Shown: piece after piece, positions 1-10,154 of the stretch
Numbering within the stretch: the first letter of the stretch is position 1
Layout of the letters: each line of letters starts with the position of its first letter
Assembly (NCBI GenBank): GCA_965262725.1
Contig: OZ253555.1
Coordinates: 1,760,001 to 1,824,000, forward strand
Length of the DNA stretch: 64,000 bases
Direction of reading: 5' to 3'
From: Dehalococcoidia bacterium
GTDB taxonomy: Bacteria; Chloroflexota; Dehalococcoidia; UBA2979
Notes under the pieces: generated by a model
The model's input: only the letters and a program-made list of their open reading frames with translations
Databases searched by the model: none
Told to the model about the DNA's origin: nothing
Translations under genes and position numbers: made by a program

Positions 1-2
1 TC

Positions 3-1145
3 GGCCTGGGCCGCATCGGAACGGAGGTCGCGCGGCGCGCGCGCGCCTTCGAGATGGAGCTGCTCGGCTACGACCCCTTCGTCCCGGTGGAGCGCGGGCG
101 ATCGCTCGGGGTGGAGCTCGTGGAGCTTGCCGAACTCTTCTCGCGCTCAGACTTCGTCACGGTGCACAGCGCTCTGCTCGAGGAGACGCGGGGGCTCGTG
201 AGCGCCGATCTCCTGGCGCAGGCGAAGCCGGGCCTCCGGTTCATCAACGCCGCCCGCGGCGCGCTCGTCGATGAGCCGGCGCTCCTGGCGGCCGTCGAAT
301 CCGGCCGCATCGCCGGCGCCGGGATTGACGTCTTCTCCTCGGAGCCGGCCGTCGGCAACATCCTGACCACCGATCCGCGCATCGTCGTCACGCCGCACCT
401 CGGCGCCTCCACGCTCGAGGCCCAGGATCGCGCCGCGCTCACGGTCGTGGAGCAGGTGCTCGACGTTCTGGCCGGCGCCGCCGCGCGCTTCTCGGTCAAC
501 GCGCCTCTGGCCGATCCGGAGACGATGGCAGTGCTCGGTCCCTATCTGGACGCGGCACGGCTCGCGGCCTCGGTGGCGGTCCAGCTCGCGCCGGGGAGCC
601 CACGACGGGCGCGCGTCGAGTACCACGGAGAGGTGGGGAGCCTCGACGTCACGCCGCTGCGGGCAGCCACGATCGTCGGGCTCCTGCGCCACATCACCGG
701 CGAGAGGGTGACGGCGGTTAACGCCTCGCAGCTTGCGCACGCGCGCGGCCTCGAGCTCGACGAGGAGCGCGCCGCCGCCGTCGAGCCGTACGCCAACCTC
801 ATCCGCGTCCACGTCTACGCCGAGGGCGGCGAGGCATCGGTTGCCGCGACCCACACCGGCGGGGGCGTTCGCATCGTCGGGATCGGCGACTATGAGGTGG
901 AGCTCTCCCCGCGGCAGGCGCCCTACCTTCTCGCCATCGAGAACGTCGACCGGCCGGGGGCCGTGGGTCAGGTCGGCACGCACCTCGGCGAGCGCCTCGT
1001 GAACATCAACTCGATGTCGGTCGCGGCCGGCCCCCATGAGCACGCCCTGATGATGCTCGGCGTGACGCGCGCGCTGACGGCCGAGGAGCTCCGGCGGGTC
1101 GCCGAGCTCGACATCGTCTACACCGTGCGCCAGGTCGAGCTCTAG
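3..1145 (+). CDS. serA: D-3-phosphoglycerate dehydrogenase (5'-truncated by window edge)
   Basis: Frame open from the window start: GLGRIG Rossmann motif, INAARG, DVF..EP, TPHLGAST, then ASB and C-terminal ACT (DRPG) domains. Confidence 0.93.
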   Translation, partial: GLGRIGTEVARRARAFEMELLGYDPFVPVERGRSLGVELVELAELFSRSDFVTVHSALLEETRGLVSADLLAQAKPGLRFINAARGALVDEPALLAAVESGRIAGAGIDVFSSEPAVGNILTTDPRIVVTPHLGASTLEAQDRAALTVVEQVLDVLAGAAARFSVNAPLADPETMAVLGPYLDAARLAASVAVQLAPGSPRRARVEYHGEVGSLDVTPLRAATIVGLLRHITGERVTAVNASQLAHARGLELDEERAAAVEPYANLIRVHVYAEGGEASVAATHTGGGVRIVGIGDYEVELSPRQAPYLLAIENVDRPGAVGQVGTHLGERLVNINSMSVAAGPHEHALMMLGVTRALTAEELRRVAELDIVYTVRQVEL

Positions 1146-1150
1146 GCGGC

Positions 1151-2542
1151 CTACGCCTCGTCGAGGGCGTCGAGCACGAGCCCCGTACCGAGCTTCGGGT
1201 AGAAGAACGTCGACTTCTGGGGTAGCAGCTCCCCCGCGGCGGCGACCTCGAGCACCTGCCCGACGCGCGTCGGGTTGACGAGAAAGGCGAGCCGGTACCG
1301 GCCGCTCGCCACGCGCTCCCACGCCTCCTCGACGTTCTCGGTGAAGGCGACGCGCTCGCCTGAGGAGAGCTCACTGTGGCCGATTCCCAGGAGCGGCCGC
1401 AGCACCGTTTCGGTCAGGGCGAGCACGTCGACGCGCCGCGAGGCGGGGGAGAGGCCCGGCGGCATCGCCGCCTCGACCGCGCGGCGCGAGCGCGCCGTCA
1501 GCACGTGCAGCCTCTGATCCTCGAGGCCGATCGCCCCGAAGGTGAGCGGACCGGCCTCGCCGGCGCGCACGCGACCCCAGAGACGGTGGGACGCGGTGCC
1601 GTCCCACCCCTTCGGCGTCATGTCCTCCACGACGTAGAGCTCGGCAAGGCGCGCGAGCAGGTCGCCGGGGAGGCTCGGCGCCCGGATCAGCCGGTGGATC
1701 GGGAGGACGACCAGACCGGGATCGTCGGCCGGGACCAGCGCCACGAGCACGAATGAGGCCGCGTCGTCGTCACTCCACGGGGGGCCGCTCCCGGCGCGCC
1801 TCTGGTCGCGGTGGGCGAGCGCCGTCGCGTAGCGGTGATGGCCGTCGGCGATCGTGACCGGCGAGGCCCTGAGCACCGCCTCGAGCGTCTCATGGAGCCG
1901 GCCGTCGCGGAGGACCCAGAGCCGGTGCCGGTCCCCGACGGCGTCCACGCCCTCGAAGTCGGGGTCGGAGGCGGCCGCCTCGGCGAGCACCTCTCCGGCG
2001 CGGCCCGACGCGTCGTCATGGAAGATCCCGAAGATCGGCGAGACGTGCGCGCGGGTCGCCGTGAGCAGCGCGAGCCGCTCAGCGCGCGGTCCCTCCATCG
2101 TCGCCTCGTGCGGGCGGATCTGATCGGGCCCCTCCCCGGCGCCCGGATCCTGGAGCCGCAGCCGTGCGAAGAAGCCGCGGCGCGTGCTCGTCGCGCCCCC
2201 CACCTGCGAGCGCTGTTCGTAGACGTAGTAAAAGGGCTCGTCGTCCCGCCTGAGGACGCCCGCGCGCCGCCACCCCGCGAGCGTCCGCGCCGCCTCCTGG
2301 TAGCGCCGCTCCGGTGGTCCGGGCGCGCCCTCGACGCGCGCCACGTTGTAGGGGGAGCGCTCGAGCAGCGCGTCGAGCTCACCCTCCCCGATGACGTCGT
2401 AGGGGGGCGCGATCACCGCATTCGGGTCGATGCGGGTCGGGTCGTAACGGAGGGCGCGGAAGGGGCGGATCTCGACGACGGCGCTTCTCCTCGGCCGCTG
2501 CGTTCGCGGCTCGCACGCGTTGCATCCCGGAGGGGACGGCAC
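1151..2542 (-). CDS. DUF1015 family protein
   Basis: IRPFRALRY, APPYDVI, IRPHE, IADGHHRY and PQKSTFFYPKL motifs; family often lies next to serA; start uncertain. Confidence 0.88.
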   Translation of the reverse strand: MPSPPGCNACEPRTQRPRRSAVVEIRPFRALRYDPTRIDPNAVIAPPYDVIGEGELDALLERSPYNVARVEGAPGPPERRYQEAARTLAGWRRAGVLRRDDEPFYYVYEQRSQVGGATSTRRGFFARLRLQDPGAGEGPDQIRPHEATMEGPRAERLALLTATRAHVSPIFGIFHDDASGRAGEVLAEAAASDPDFEGVDAVGDRHRLWVLRDGRLHETLEAVLRASPVTIADGHHRYATALAHRDQRRAGSGPPWSDDDAASFVLVALVPADDPGLVVLPIHRLIRAPSLPGDLLARLAELYVVEDMTPKGWDGTASHRLWGRVRAGEAGPLTFGAIGLEDQRLHVLTARSRRAVEAAMPPGLSPASRRVDVLALTETVLRPLLGIGHSELSSGERVAFTENVEEAWERVASGRYRLAFLVNPTRVGQVLEVAAAGELLPQKSTFFYPKLGTGLVLDALDEA

Positions 2543-2623
2543 CTAGACTCCGGCGCGGCTCGCGCCCCGGACCCGGCTCGTGTCGCGAGTGGGCACGCCC
2601 GCAGGAAGGTACCCGCTCGCCCC

Positions 2624-2947
2624 ATGCCGCGCTACTGCGTCTTCTGCGAGATCGTTGCACGTCGCGAACCCGCCGAGATCCTCTACGAGAGCGACTCGGT
2701 GATCGTCATCCGCAACCGCCTGCGCTGGGTGCCGGTGATGCTCCTGTCGATGCCGAAGCAGCACCTCACGCAGGCCGGGCTGTGGCGCGACATGGGCGAG
2801 GTCGGCGAGGCGGCCGTGCAGATGGGCGCCGAGCACTGTCCGCGGGGATTCCGCCTGCTCTCCAACTTCGGCTCCGACGCGATGCAGTCGCAGGAGCACG
2901 CGCACGTCCACGTGATCGGGGGCATCTTTCTGGGCGAGTACGCCTGA
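2624..2947 (+). CDS. HIT family nucleotide-binding protein
   Basis: MPRYCVFCEIV start and histidine triad HAHVHVIGG; lies in the C-terminal part of ORF 1811..2947. Confidence 0.88.
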   Translation: MPRYCVFCEIVARREPAEILYESDSVIVIRNRLRWVPVMLLSMPKQHLTQAGLWRDMGEVGEAAVQMGAEHCPRGFRLLSNFGSDAMQSQEHAHVHVIGGIFLGEYA

Positions 2948-3008
2948 GGGCGACGCATGGCCGCGGCCGGTCGCGCCGCCCCGCGCAGCACGGGCGTGCC
3001 CGGCGCCC

Positions 3009-3761
3009 TCAGGATCCGGGGCCGATCCCTCCGAGAGCGTCGAGCTGCGCCGCGAAGAGCTGCCGGATGCCCGCCGCGGCGACCTCCAGCACGCGCCCGA
3101 ATGTCTCCTGCGTGAAGGCCTCGCCTTCGGCGGTCCCCTGCACCTCGACGAAGTGTCCCGTCCCGAGCATCACGACGTTCACGTCCGCGCCCGCCGTCGA
3201 GTCCTCCTCGTAGTCGAGGTCGAGCACTATGCGCCCGCCTCGCAGGCCCACGGAGACAGCCCCCACCTGCGTTGTGAGCGGGGAGGTGGCGAGCGCGCCC
3301 TGCTCCCTCATGCGCTCCACCGCGAGCCTCAGCGCGACCCAGCCCCCCGTGATCGAGGCCGTGCGCGTCCCGCCGTCGGCCTGCAGCACGTCGCAGTCGA
3401 TGCGGATCGTCCGCTCGCCCAGGCGGTCGAGGTCGATGGCGGCGCGCAGTGAGCGGCCGATCAGCCGCTGGATCTCCTGCGTGCGACCGCTCTGGCGGCC
3501 CAGCGCCGCCTCGCGGCCGCCGCGCGTGTGCGTCGCGCGCGGCAGCATCCCGTACTCCGCCGTCAACCAGCCGGCTCCGGTGCCGCGCAGGAAGGCGGGG
3601 ACTCCCTGCTCCACGGAGGCGGAGCAGAGGACGCGCGTCTCCCCCACCGAGATCAGGGCGGAGCCCTCCGCATAGCGCAGGTAGTCGGGCTCGATGATGA
3701 CGGGACGGAGCTCGTGCTCGCCCCGTCCCTCCGCACGGTCCCCCTGCGCGTTCGCCGTCAA
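3009..3761 (-). CDS. rph: Ribonuclease PH
   Basis: [54 protein letters not shown]; TTG start inferred. Confidence 0.95.
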   Translation of the reverse strand: MTANAQGDRAEGRGEHELRPVIIEPDYLRYAEGSALISVGETRVLCSASVEQGVPAFLRGTGAGWLTAEYGMLPRATHTRGGREAALGRQSGRTQEIQRLIGRSLRAAIDLDRLGERTIRIDCDVLQADGGTRTASITGGWVALRLAVERMREQGALATSPLTTQVGAVSVGLRGGRIVLDLDYEEDSTAGADVNVVMLGTGHFVEVQGTAEGEAFTQETFGRVLEVAAAGIRQLFAAQLDALGGIGPGS

Positions 3762-3926
3762 CTCCGCCCCCTTCCGCCCCCAAACGGTGACCGGGCGGTC
3801 ACCGTAGCACGCACAGTGCGCCGGGCTCCCGGTGGCCCGGTGGGCCAAAGGCGCCGCCGGATCCGCCGACGCGGGAGCGACGGCGACGTGCGAGCGGTAC
3901 ACTGCTGTGCTCGGCGGGGAGGCGCC

Positions 3927-4838
3927 ATGCGCGGCCGCGATCTGATCTCCATTCTGGATCTTACGCCCGACGACATGGAGCGTCTGCTCGAGGTCGCCCT
4001 CGGCATGAAGCGCGACGGACCCGGCCGCGTGCTGGAGGGGCAGACGCTGGCGCTCCTCTTCGAGAAGCCCTCGCTGCGCACCCGCGTCTCGTTCGAGCAG
4101 GCGATGCGCCGGCTCGGCGGCTCGGCGCTCTATCTCTCCGGTCCCGAGGTGCAGATGGGAGAGCGCGAGTCCGCCCGCGACGTCGCGCGCGTGATCGCCC
4201 GAATGACGCAGGCGATCGCGGCCAGGACATACGCGCACGCCACGGTGCAGGAGATCGCGCGCTACGCCGACGTGCCCGTGATCAACGCGCTCACCGAGGA
4301 GGAGCACCCTTGCCAGGCGCTGGCGGATCTGCTCACCCTGCGCGAGAGGCTGGGCGCGCTGGGCGGCGTCCGGCTCGCCTACGTCGGTGAGGGGAACAAC
4401 GTCGCCCGCTCGCTCGCCTACGCCTCCGCGCTCGCCGGGATGGATTTCGCCTGCGCCTCCCCAGAGGGGTACGGACTCCCCGACGAAGTGCTCGAGCTCT
4501 GCCGGCATCTACCGGGGGGCGGCCGCGTCGAGCAGACCGATGACCCGCGCGCCGCCGTGGCCGGCGCCGCCGCGGTCTACACTGATGTCTGGGCCTCGAT
4601 GGGCTTCGAGCACGAGCTGCCGCAACGGCTCGAGCACTTCCGGCCCTACCAGCTCGGTGAGGAGCTGCTCGAGCACGCGCCGCCGGAGGCGCTCGTGATG
4701 CACGATCTTCCCGCCCACCGTGGCGAAGAGATCACCGACGGCGCCATCGAGTCCGAGCGCTCCGTAGTATTCGATCAGGCGGAGAACCGGATGCATGCCC
4801 AGCAGGCCGTGCTCGCACTGCTGCTCGCGGAGGGCTAG
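3927..4838 (+). CDS. argF: Ornithine carbamoyltransferase
   Basis: [32 protein letters not shown]; GGAGG RBS before ATG 3927. Confidence 0.93.
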   Translation: MRGRDLISILDLTPDDMERLLEVALGMKRDGPGRVLEGQTLALLFEKPSLRTRVSFEQAMRRLGGSALYLSGPEVQMGERESARDVARVIARMTQAIAARTYAHATVQEIARYADVPVINALTEEEHPCQALADLLTLRERLGALGGVRLAYVGEGNNVARSLAYASALAGMDFACASPEGYGLPDEVLELCRHLPGGGRVEQTDDPRAAVAGAAAVYTDVWASMGFEHELPQRLEHFRPYQLGEELLEHAPPEALVMHDLPAHRGEEITDGAIESERSVVFDQAENRMHAQQAVLALLLAEG

Positions 4839-4943
4839 CCTGAGCCGGCGGGCGTCCGCCCCCGGCCGGCCCGGCGGCGGGTGAGAGCGGCGCCGCCCCC
4901 TGCGCGCGGTCGCCCGACGCCCTGAGCAGCGGAGGCGACGACC

Positions 4944-5774
4944 GTGCGCGACGAGATCAGCGACGTGCTCGGCCGCATCGATGCGTCGGCGCTCGCGGAC
5001 ATCGCGATCCTCTTCGCCGCGATCTACTGGGCGCTGCTTCTGATCCGCGGCACCGCGGCGATGTCCGTGCTCCGCGGCGTCGGCGTGCTCCTGATCGGCG
5101 CCTTCGCGCTCTCGCGCCTCTTCGACCTGCTCGTGATCAACTGGATCCTCTCGAACGCGGTGACCGGGCTGTTGATCGCGATGGTCGTGATCTTCCAGCC
5201 CGAGATCCGTCGAGCGCTCGAGCAGCTGGGACGGACCGGGCTGCACTCCCCGCTCCGCGCCCACCGGCGCCGGGACGTGCTCGACATCGTCGTGCGCGGC
5301 ACCAGTCAGCTGGCGCGCCAGCGCCTGGGCGCCCTCATCGTCCTGGAGCGCGAGACCGGGCTCCAGGACGTGATCGAGACCGGCATCCCCGTGGACGCCA
5401 CCCTCTCCGTGGAGATGCTCCTCTCCGTCTTCCTCTCGAACTCCCCCCTGCACGATGGCGCGGTGGTGGTGCAGGGCGATCGCATCGTCGCCGCGGGCTG
5501 CACGCTGCCGCTCTCGGAGGTGACGCTCCCTGCCGAGTACGGGCTGAGGCACCGCGCCGCGGTGGGCCTGACCGAGCGCACTGATGCGGTGGTCGTGGTG
5601 GTGTCGGAGGAGCGCGGCGTGATGGCTCTCTCCGCCGCCGGCCGCATCACGCCGCCTCTGGACGAGGGCCGGATGTCCCGTCAGCTGCGCCGCATCTTTG
5701 TCGTTCCCGGCGACGATGCGTTGGAGCCGGCCTCGGCGCGCGCCCCCGGCGGCGCGGGGCGTCGGAGCCCCTAG
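4944..5774 (+). CDS. cdaA: Diadenylate cyclase CdaA (DacA)
   Basis: Three N-terminal TM helices, IFQPEIRRALE, LHDGA, GLRHRAA, VSEERG. Confidence 0.93.
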   Translation: MRDEISDVLGRIDASALADIAILFAAIYWALLLIRGTAAMSVLRGVGVLLIGAFALSRLFDLLVINWILSNAVTGLLIAMVVIFQPEIRRALEQLGRTGLHSPLRAHRRRDVLDIVVRGTSQLARQRLGALIVLERETGLQDVIETGIPVDATLSVEMLLSVFLSNSPLHDGAVVVQGDRIVAAGCTLPLSEVTLPAEYGLRHRAAVGLTERTDAVVVVVSEERGVMALSAAGRITPPLDEGRMSRQLRRIFVVPGDDALEPASARAPGGAGRRSP

Positions 5775-5775
5775 C

Positions 5776-7089
5776 GTGCAGCGGCCGCGTGAGGTGCGCC
5801 GTTCCCGGCGCGAGCTGGTGGAGGTGGCGCGCGACCTCTGGAGACGCGGCCGCTCGGCCGTCTGGAGCTCGCCGGGCCTCGCGCTCCTCTCCGCCCTGCT
5901 CGGCATCGCGCTGTGGGTCACCGTCACCGAGGAGCAGAACCCGACTGTGATCGAGACTTTCCCCGTCCCGATCGGCGTCGAGGCCGTCAACGTCGGCCCG
6001 GGCATTGCCGTCGCGAACACGATCGAGCCCATCGAGGTGCGGATCGCCGCGCCGGAGGATCGCTGGGAGCAGCTGACCTCCGAGAACCTCCAGGCCGTCG
6101 CCGATCTCAACGGGCTCGGTGCGCGGGAGCAGCAGGTCCCGGTGCGGGTCCACGTGACGGGCGTGCGCAGCGTGCGCGTCGTCGAGGTCATCCCGCCGAC
6201 GGTCCTCGTCAACCTCGAGGACTTCGTGAGCAAGGAGGTGGCGGTCGTCGCGCGCGCCATCGGCGCGCTCCCATTCGGCTACGAGCTGGCGAGCACCACG
6301 CCGGAGGCGGCCACGGTCGAGGTCTCCGGACCCCAGTCGCTGGTCGAACTCGTTGTGGAGGTGATCGGCGACGTCAACGTCACCGGCCTCACCGTGAGTC
6401 TCCCGCAATCCGTCGATCTCACGCCACAGGGTGCGGGCGGCGGGGAGGTGCGCGGCGTCCGGGTGAATCCTCTCTCGACGCGCGTCCGTGTGGAAGTGCT
6501 CCAGACGACCCTGACGCGCCCGGTGCCGCTCACCCCGACCGTGCTCGGGGAGCCGGCCAGCGGCTACCGCGTGGTCGGCATCGCCACCATCCCCTCCACG
6601 TTGGAGGTGCGCGGCACGATCGAGCAGCTGCAGGCGATCGACGAGCTCGAACTGCCGCCCATCGATATCAGCGCAGCCCGCTCGTCGATCAGCCGCTCGG
6701 TGGCCCCGGAGCTGCCGGCCGGCCTCACCGCTCCCGGCTCACAGTCGGTGACCGTGCTCGTCGCCGTCGCGACCGTCGACGGGACGCTCCGGCTTCGGGT
6801 CGCCCCGGAGCTGGAGGGGGTCGCCGAGGGCTACACGGCGGTGGTGGGTCAGCAGAGCGTCGAGGTGCTGCTCCGGGCACCGCAGCCGACGCTCAACGGC
6901 CTGTCGATCGGCGACATTCGCGTCGTCGCCGACGTGGGCGGTGTGGTCACGGGCACGGGCGCGGGCGCGGTAGACGATGCCGCCCCGATCCCCTTCGAGG
7001 TCGCCCCGCGCGCGGAGGTCCCCGCGGGGATCACCGTCATCTCGGTGCGGCCCGAGGTGCTCTCCGGTACGCTGAATCCCGATGAATGA
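5776..7089 (+). CDS. cdaR: CdaR/YbbR-like regulator of CdaA
   Basis: One TM helix (ALWVTV) followed by repeated beta-rich YbbR-like modules; directly after cdaA. Confidence 0.8.
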   Translation: MQRPREVRRSRRELVEVARDLWRRGRSAVWSSPGLALLSALLGIALWVTVTEEQNPTVIETFPVPIGVEAVNVGPGIAVANTIEPIEVRIAAPEDRWEQLTSENLQAVADLNGLGAREQQVPVRVHVTGVRSVRVVEVIPPTVLVNLEDFVSKEVAVVARAIGALPFGYELASTTPEAATVEVSGPQSLVELVVEVIGDVNVTGLTVSLPQSVDLTPQGAGGGEVRGVRVNPLSTRVRVEVLQTTLTRPVPLTPTVLGEPASGYRVVGIATIPSTLEVRGTIEQLQAIDELELPPIDISAARSSISRSVAPELPAGLTAPGSQSVTVLVAVATVDGTLRLRVAPELEGVAEGYTAVVGQQSVEVLLRAPQPTLNGLSIGDIRVVADVGGVVTGTGAGAVDDAAPIPFEVAPRAEVPAGITVISVRPEVLSGTLNPDE

Positions 7090-8479
7090 GCACGTCCCCC
7101 TGATAGCGATCGTCGGGCGGCCGAACGTCGGCAAGTCGGCCCTGTTCAACCGGCTGACGCGCAGCCGCGGGGCGCTGGTCGAGGACCTTCCCGGCACCAC
7201 GCGGGACCGCATCTACGGGCGCCTGGAGTGGCGCGGCCGGCGGCTCGCTGTCGTCGACACCGGGGGGCTCGCTGACCGCGACGAGGATCCGTTCGCCCCG
7301 CTCGTGCGCGAGGGGATCAAGCACGCGCTCGGCGAGGCGAGCGCGGCCGTGCTCGTCGTCGACGGCGCCGCCCCGCTCACCTCGGCGGACAGCGAGGCCG
7401 CGGGTCTCATCCGCCGATCGGGGTTGCCGGTGCTCGTGGTCGCGAACAAGGCCGACCGCTCGTCGGCCTCCGATCACGCCCACGAGGCGCACGCGCTCGG
7501 GCTGGGAGAGCCGGTCGCCCTCTCCGCCTACCACGGGACCGGCGTCGGCGAGCTGCTCGATGCCCTGATCGGGCTGCTGCCGGAGGCTCCGGGAGCCGAC
7601 GCGGGACCGGCGGAGGAGCACCCGATCCGCGTCGCGATCATCGGCCGCCCGAACGTCGGCAAGTCCTCGCTCGTGAACGCGATCCTCGGGCAGAGGCGCG
7701 TGATCGTCTCCGACCTCCCCGGCACGACGCGCGACGCCGTGGACACGCCGTTCGCGTTCGAGTCGCGGCAGATGCTGCTCGTCGACACGGCGGGGATCCG
7801 TCGGCGCGGGCGGGTCGAACGCGGCGTGGAGCGCCACTCCGTGCAGCGGGCGAGGCGCGCCATCGATCGCGCCGACGTCGTCGTGCTCATGCTCGATCAG
7901 GCGGAGCCCCTCACGCAGCAGGACGCACACATCGCCGGCTACGCGCAGGAGCGCGCGACCGGCCTGGTGCTCGCGGTCTCGAAGTGGGACCTCGTGCCGC
8001 AGGCCATCGATCCGCGCGACGTCGGCTCGGCCGTCGACCGGCGCTATCACTTCGTGCCGTGGGCGCCGGTTCTCGTCACCTCCTCGGTGACGGCCGAGGG
8101 GATCCGCGACCTCCTCGAACTCGTGGTACACATCGCGGAGGTCCGCCGGCGCCGCGTGCAGACCTCGGAGCTCAACATGGTGCTGCACCGCGCCGTCGCG
8201 CGGCACGCGCCTCCCGGCGGGGGAGCGAAGCGGCTGCGCTTCCTCTACGCCACGCAGGCCGAGGTCGCGCCTCCGACCTTCGTGCTCTTCGTGAACGACG
8301 TCTCGCTGGTGCACTTCTCCTACCGCCGCTTTCTGGAGAATCGCATCCGCGACGCCTTCGACTTCGCGGGGACGGGGATACGGATGGTCTTCCGCGCGCG
8401 CGCGAACCTCTCGCGGGAGGAACGGGCGGCGGGCGGGCGCGCGGGCGCCCGCCGCGAGCGGGTGGGGGCGGGGGAATGA
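7082..8479 (+). CDS. der: Ribosome biogenesis GTPase Der (EngA)
   Basis: Two GRPNVGKS/GTTRD/DTxG GTPase domains and a C-terminal KH-like domain (PPTFVLFVN). Confidence 0.96.
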   Translation: MNEHVPLIAIVGRPNVGKSALFNRLTRSRGALVEDLPGTTRDRIYGRLEWRGRRLAVVDTGGLADRDEDPFAPLVREGIKHALGEASAAVLVVDGAAPLTSADSEAAGLIRRSGLPVLVVANKADRSSASDHAHEAHALGLGEPVALSAYHGTGVGELLDALIGLLPEAPGADAGPAEEHPIRVAIIGRPNVGKSSLVNAILGQRRVIVSDLPGTTRDAVDTPFAFESRQMLLVDTAGIRRRGRVERGVERHSVQRARRAIDRADVVVLMLDQAEPLTQQDAHIAGYAQERATGLVLAVSKWDLVPQAIDPRDVGSAVDRRYHFVPWAPVLVTSSVTAEGIRDLLELVVHIAEVRRRRVQTSELNMVLHRAVARHAPPGGGAKRLRFLYATQAEVAPPTFVLFVNDVSLVHFSYRRFLENRIRDAFDFAGTGIRMVFRARANLSREERAAGGRAGARRERVGAGE

Positions 8480-9102
8480 GCCCCGCGATCGCCGCCGTGG
8501 TCGGCTACCTCTTGGGCTCGATCCCGAGCGGCGTGCTGGTCGGACGCTTGGTGTCGGGGCACGACGTGCGGGAGTTCGGCTCGGGGAAGAGCGGCTTCAC
8601 GAACACGCTCCGCTCGGCCGGGGTCGGAGCGGCGCTGGTGGTGCTGGCGGCCGACACCGCGAAGGGTGCGCTCCCGGTCGTGCTGGGGCGCGTCGTCTTG
8701 GACGACCCGTGGGCCGTCGCGGTGGGGGGACTCTGCGCCGTGGCCGGTCACAACTGGCCGCTCTTCGCCGGCTTCCGCGGCGGGCGCGGGGTGGCGACGA
8801 GCCTCGGCGCCTTCGCGGCGATGGCGCCGGCGGCGGCGCTCGCCGTCGTCGCTCTCGGACTGATCCTGCTCGCCACCACGCGTTACGTCTCGCTGACGTC
8901 GATGGCGTCGACGGCGGCGGGCTTCGCCGCGATCGTCGCGCTTGTGCTCGCCGGCAGGCTACCGGAGCCTTATCTGCTCTTCGCCATCGGCGCGGCGTCG
9001 GCGGTGGAGCTCTCCCACCTCGAGAACCTGAGGCGGCTGCTCGCCGGCACCGAGCCGAAGCTGGGACATGGGGGCTCGCGGCGGGGCGGCGTGAGCCCGT
9101 GA
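8476..9102 (+). CDS. plsY: Glycerol-3-phosphate acyltransferase PlsY
   Basis: GYLLGSIP, GSG..G.TN, D..KG, GHNWP.F..FRGGRGVA, H.ENL.RL..GTE. Confidence 0.92.
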   Translation: MSPAIAAVVGYLLGSIPSGVLVGRLVSGHDVREFGSGKSGFTNTLRSAGVGAALVVLAADTAKGALPVVLGRVVLDDPWAVAVGGLCAVAGHNWPLFAGFRGGRGVATSLGAFAAMAPAAALAVVALGLILLATTRYVSLTSMASTAAGFAAIVALVLAGRLPEPYLLFAIGAASAVELSHLENLRRLLAGTEPKLGHGGSRRGGVSP

Positions 9103-10154
9103 GCGGGGAGCCGGCGGCAGGCGTGCGCCGCGCCGTCGTGGTGGGAACCACCGCCTGGGGCACGACGCTCGCGCTGCTGCTCGCCAGGAACGGCGTGCCG
9201 ACCACGCTGCTCGCCCGCACCGGGGAGGAGGCCTCCCGCCTCGCCGCGGCCGGCGAAAACCGCCGCCGCCTGCCGGGCTCGCGCTTCCCTGCGGGGCTCT
9301 CCGTCGCGGCGGGCGAGGCGAGTCTCCATGAGGCCGACCTGGTCTGCCTCGCGGTCCCGTCGCGCACGATGCCGGATAACCTCCGGCGGCTCGCTCCCGG
9401 CGTCGCGCCGGGGGCGGTCGTGCTCTCGGCGACGAAGGGGATCGAGCCGGGGAGCGGGCGGCGCATGTGCGAGCTGATCGCGGAGGCGCTGCCCGGCCGG
9501 GCGGTGGCCGCGCTCTCCGGCCCGAACTTCGCTGCCGAGGTCGCGGCGGGCCTTCCGGGCACCACCGTGATCGCGAGCGCGAGCCCCGAGGTGTCGGCGT
9601 CGCTGCGCCGCGCCTTCCACTCCACGCGCTTCCGTGTGTACAGCTCGCGCGACGTCGTGGGCGTCGAGCTCGGCGGCGCGCTGAAGAACGTGATCGCCAT
9701 CGCGAGCGGGATCGTCGATGCGCTCGGATACGGCGACAACGCGAAGGCGGCGATCCTGACGCGGGGCCTCGCGGAAATGACGCGGCTCGGCGCCGCCGCG
9801 GGCGCGGAGCCGCTTACCTTCTACGGCCTGGCCGGTGTGGGCGATCTCGTCGCGACCTCCTACGGCCCGCTCTCGCGCAACCGCCGGCTCGGCGAGATCC
9901 TGGGCCGGGGCGTCGCGCTCGAGGAGGCGCTCACGACGCTCGCCGAGACGGCCGAGGGTGTGGTCACGATGCCGGCCGCTCTCGCGCTGGCGCGCTGGCA
10001 CGGTGTCGAGATGCCGATCGCCGAGGGACTCGCCGGCATCCTCGCGGGAACCTCGTCGCCCGGGGAGATCGTGCGCTCGCTGATGGAGCGCCAGTCGGGG
10101 CCGGAGGTCCCGGAGGCGCCCGCCCTCGGAGTCGCGTCGGGCGGAGCGCGATGA
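9099..10154 (+). CDS. gpsA: NAD(P)H-dependent glycerol-3-phosphate dehydrogenase
   Basis: WGTTLA, ATKGIE, SGPNFA, GGALKNVIAI, GLAGVGDL, SRN; der-plsY-gpsA synteny. Confidence 0.94.
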   Translation: MSGEPAAGVRRAVVVGTTAWGTTLALLLARNGVPTTLLARTGEEASRLAAAGENRRRLPGSRFPAGLSVAAGEASLHEADLVCLAVPSRTMPDNLRRLAPGVAPGAVVLSATKGIEPGSGRRMCELIAEALPGRAVAALSGPNFAAEVAAGLPGTTVIASASPEVSASLRRAFHSTRFRVYSSRDVVGVELGGALKNVIAIASGIVDALGYGDNAKAAILTRGLAEMTRLGAAAGAEPLTFYGLAGVGDLVATSYGPLSRNRRLGEILGRGVALEEALTTLAETAEGVVTMPAALALARWHGVEMPIAEGLAGILAGTSSPGEIVRSLMERQSGPEVPEAPALGVASGGAR

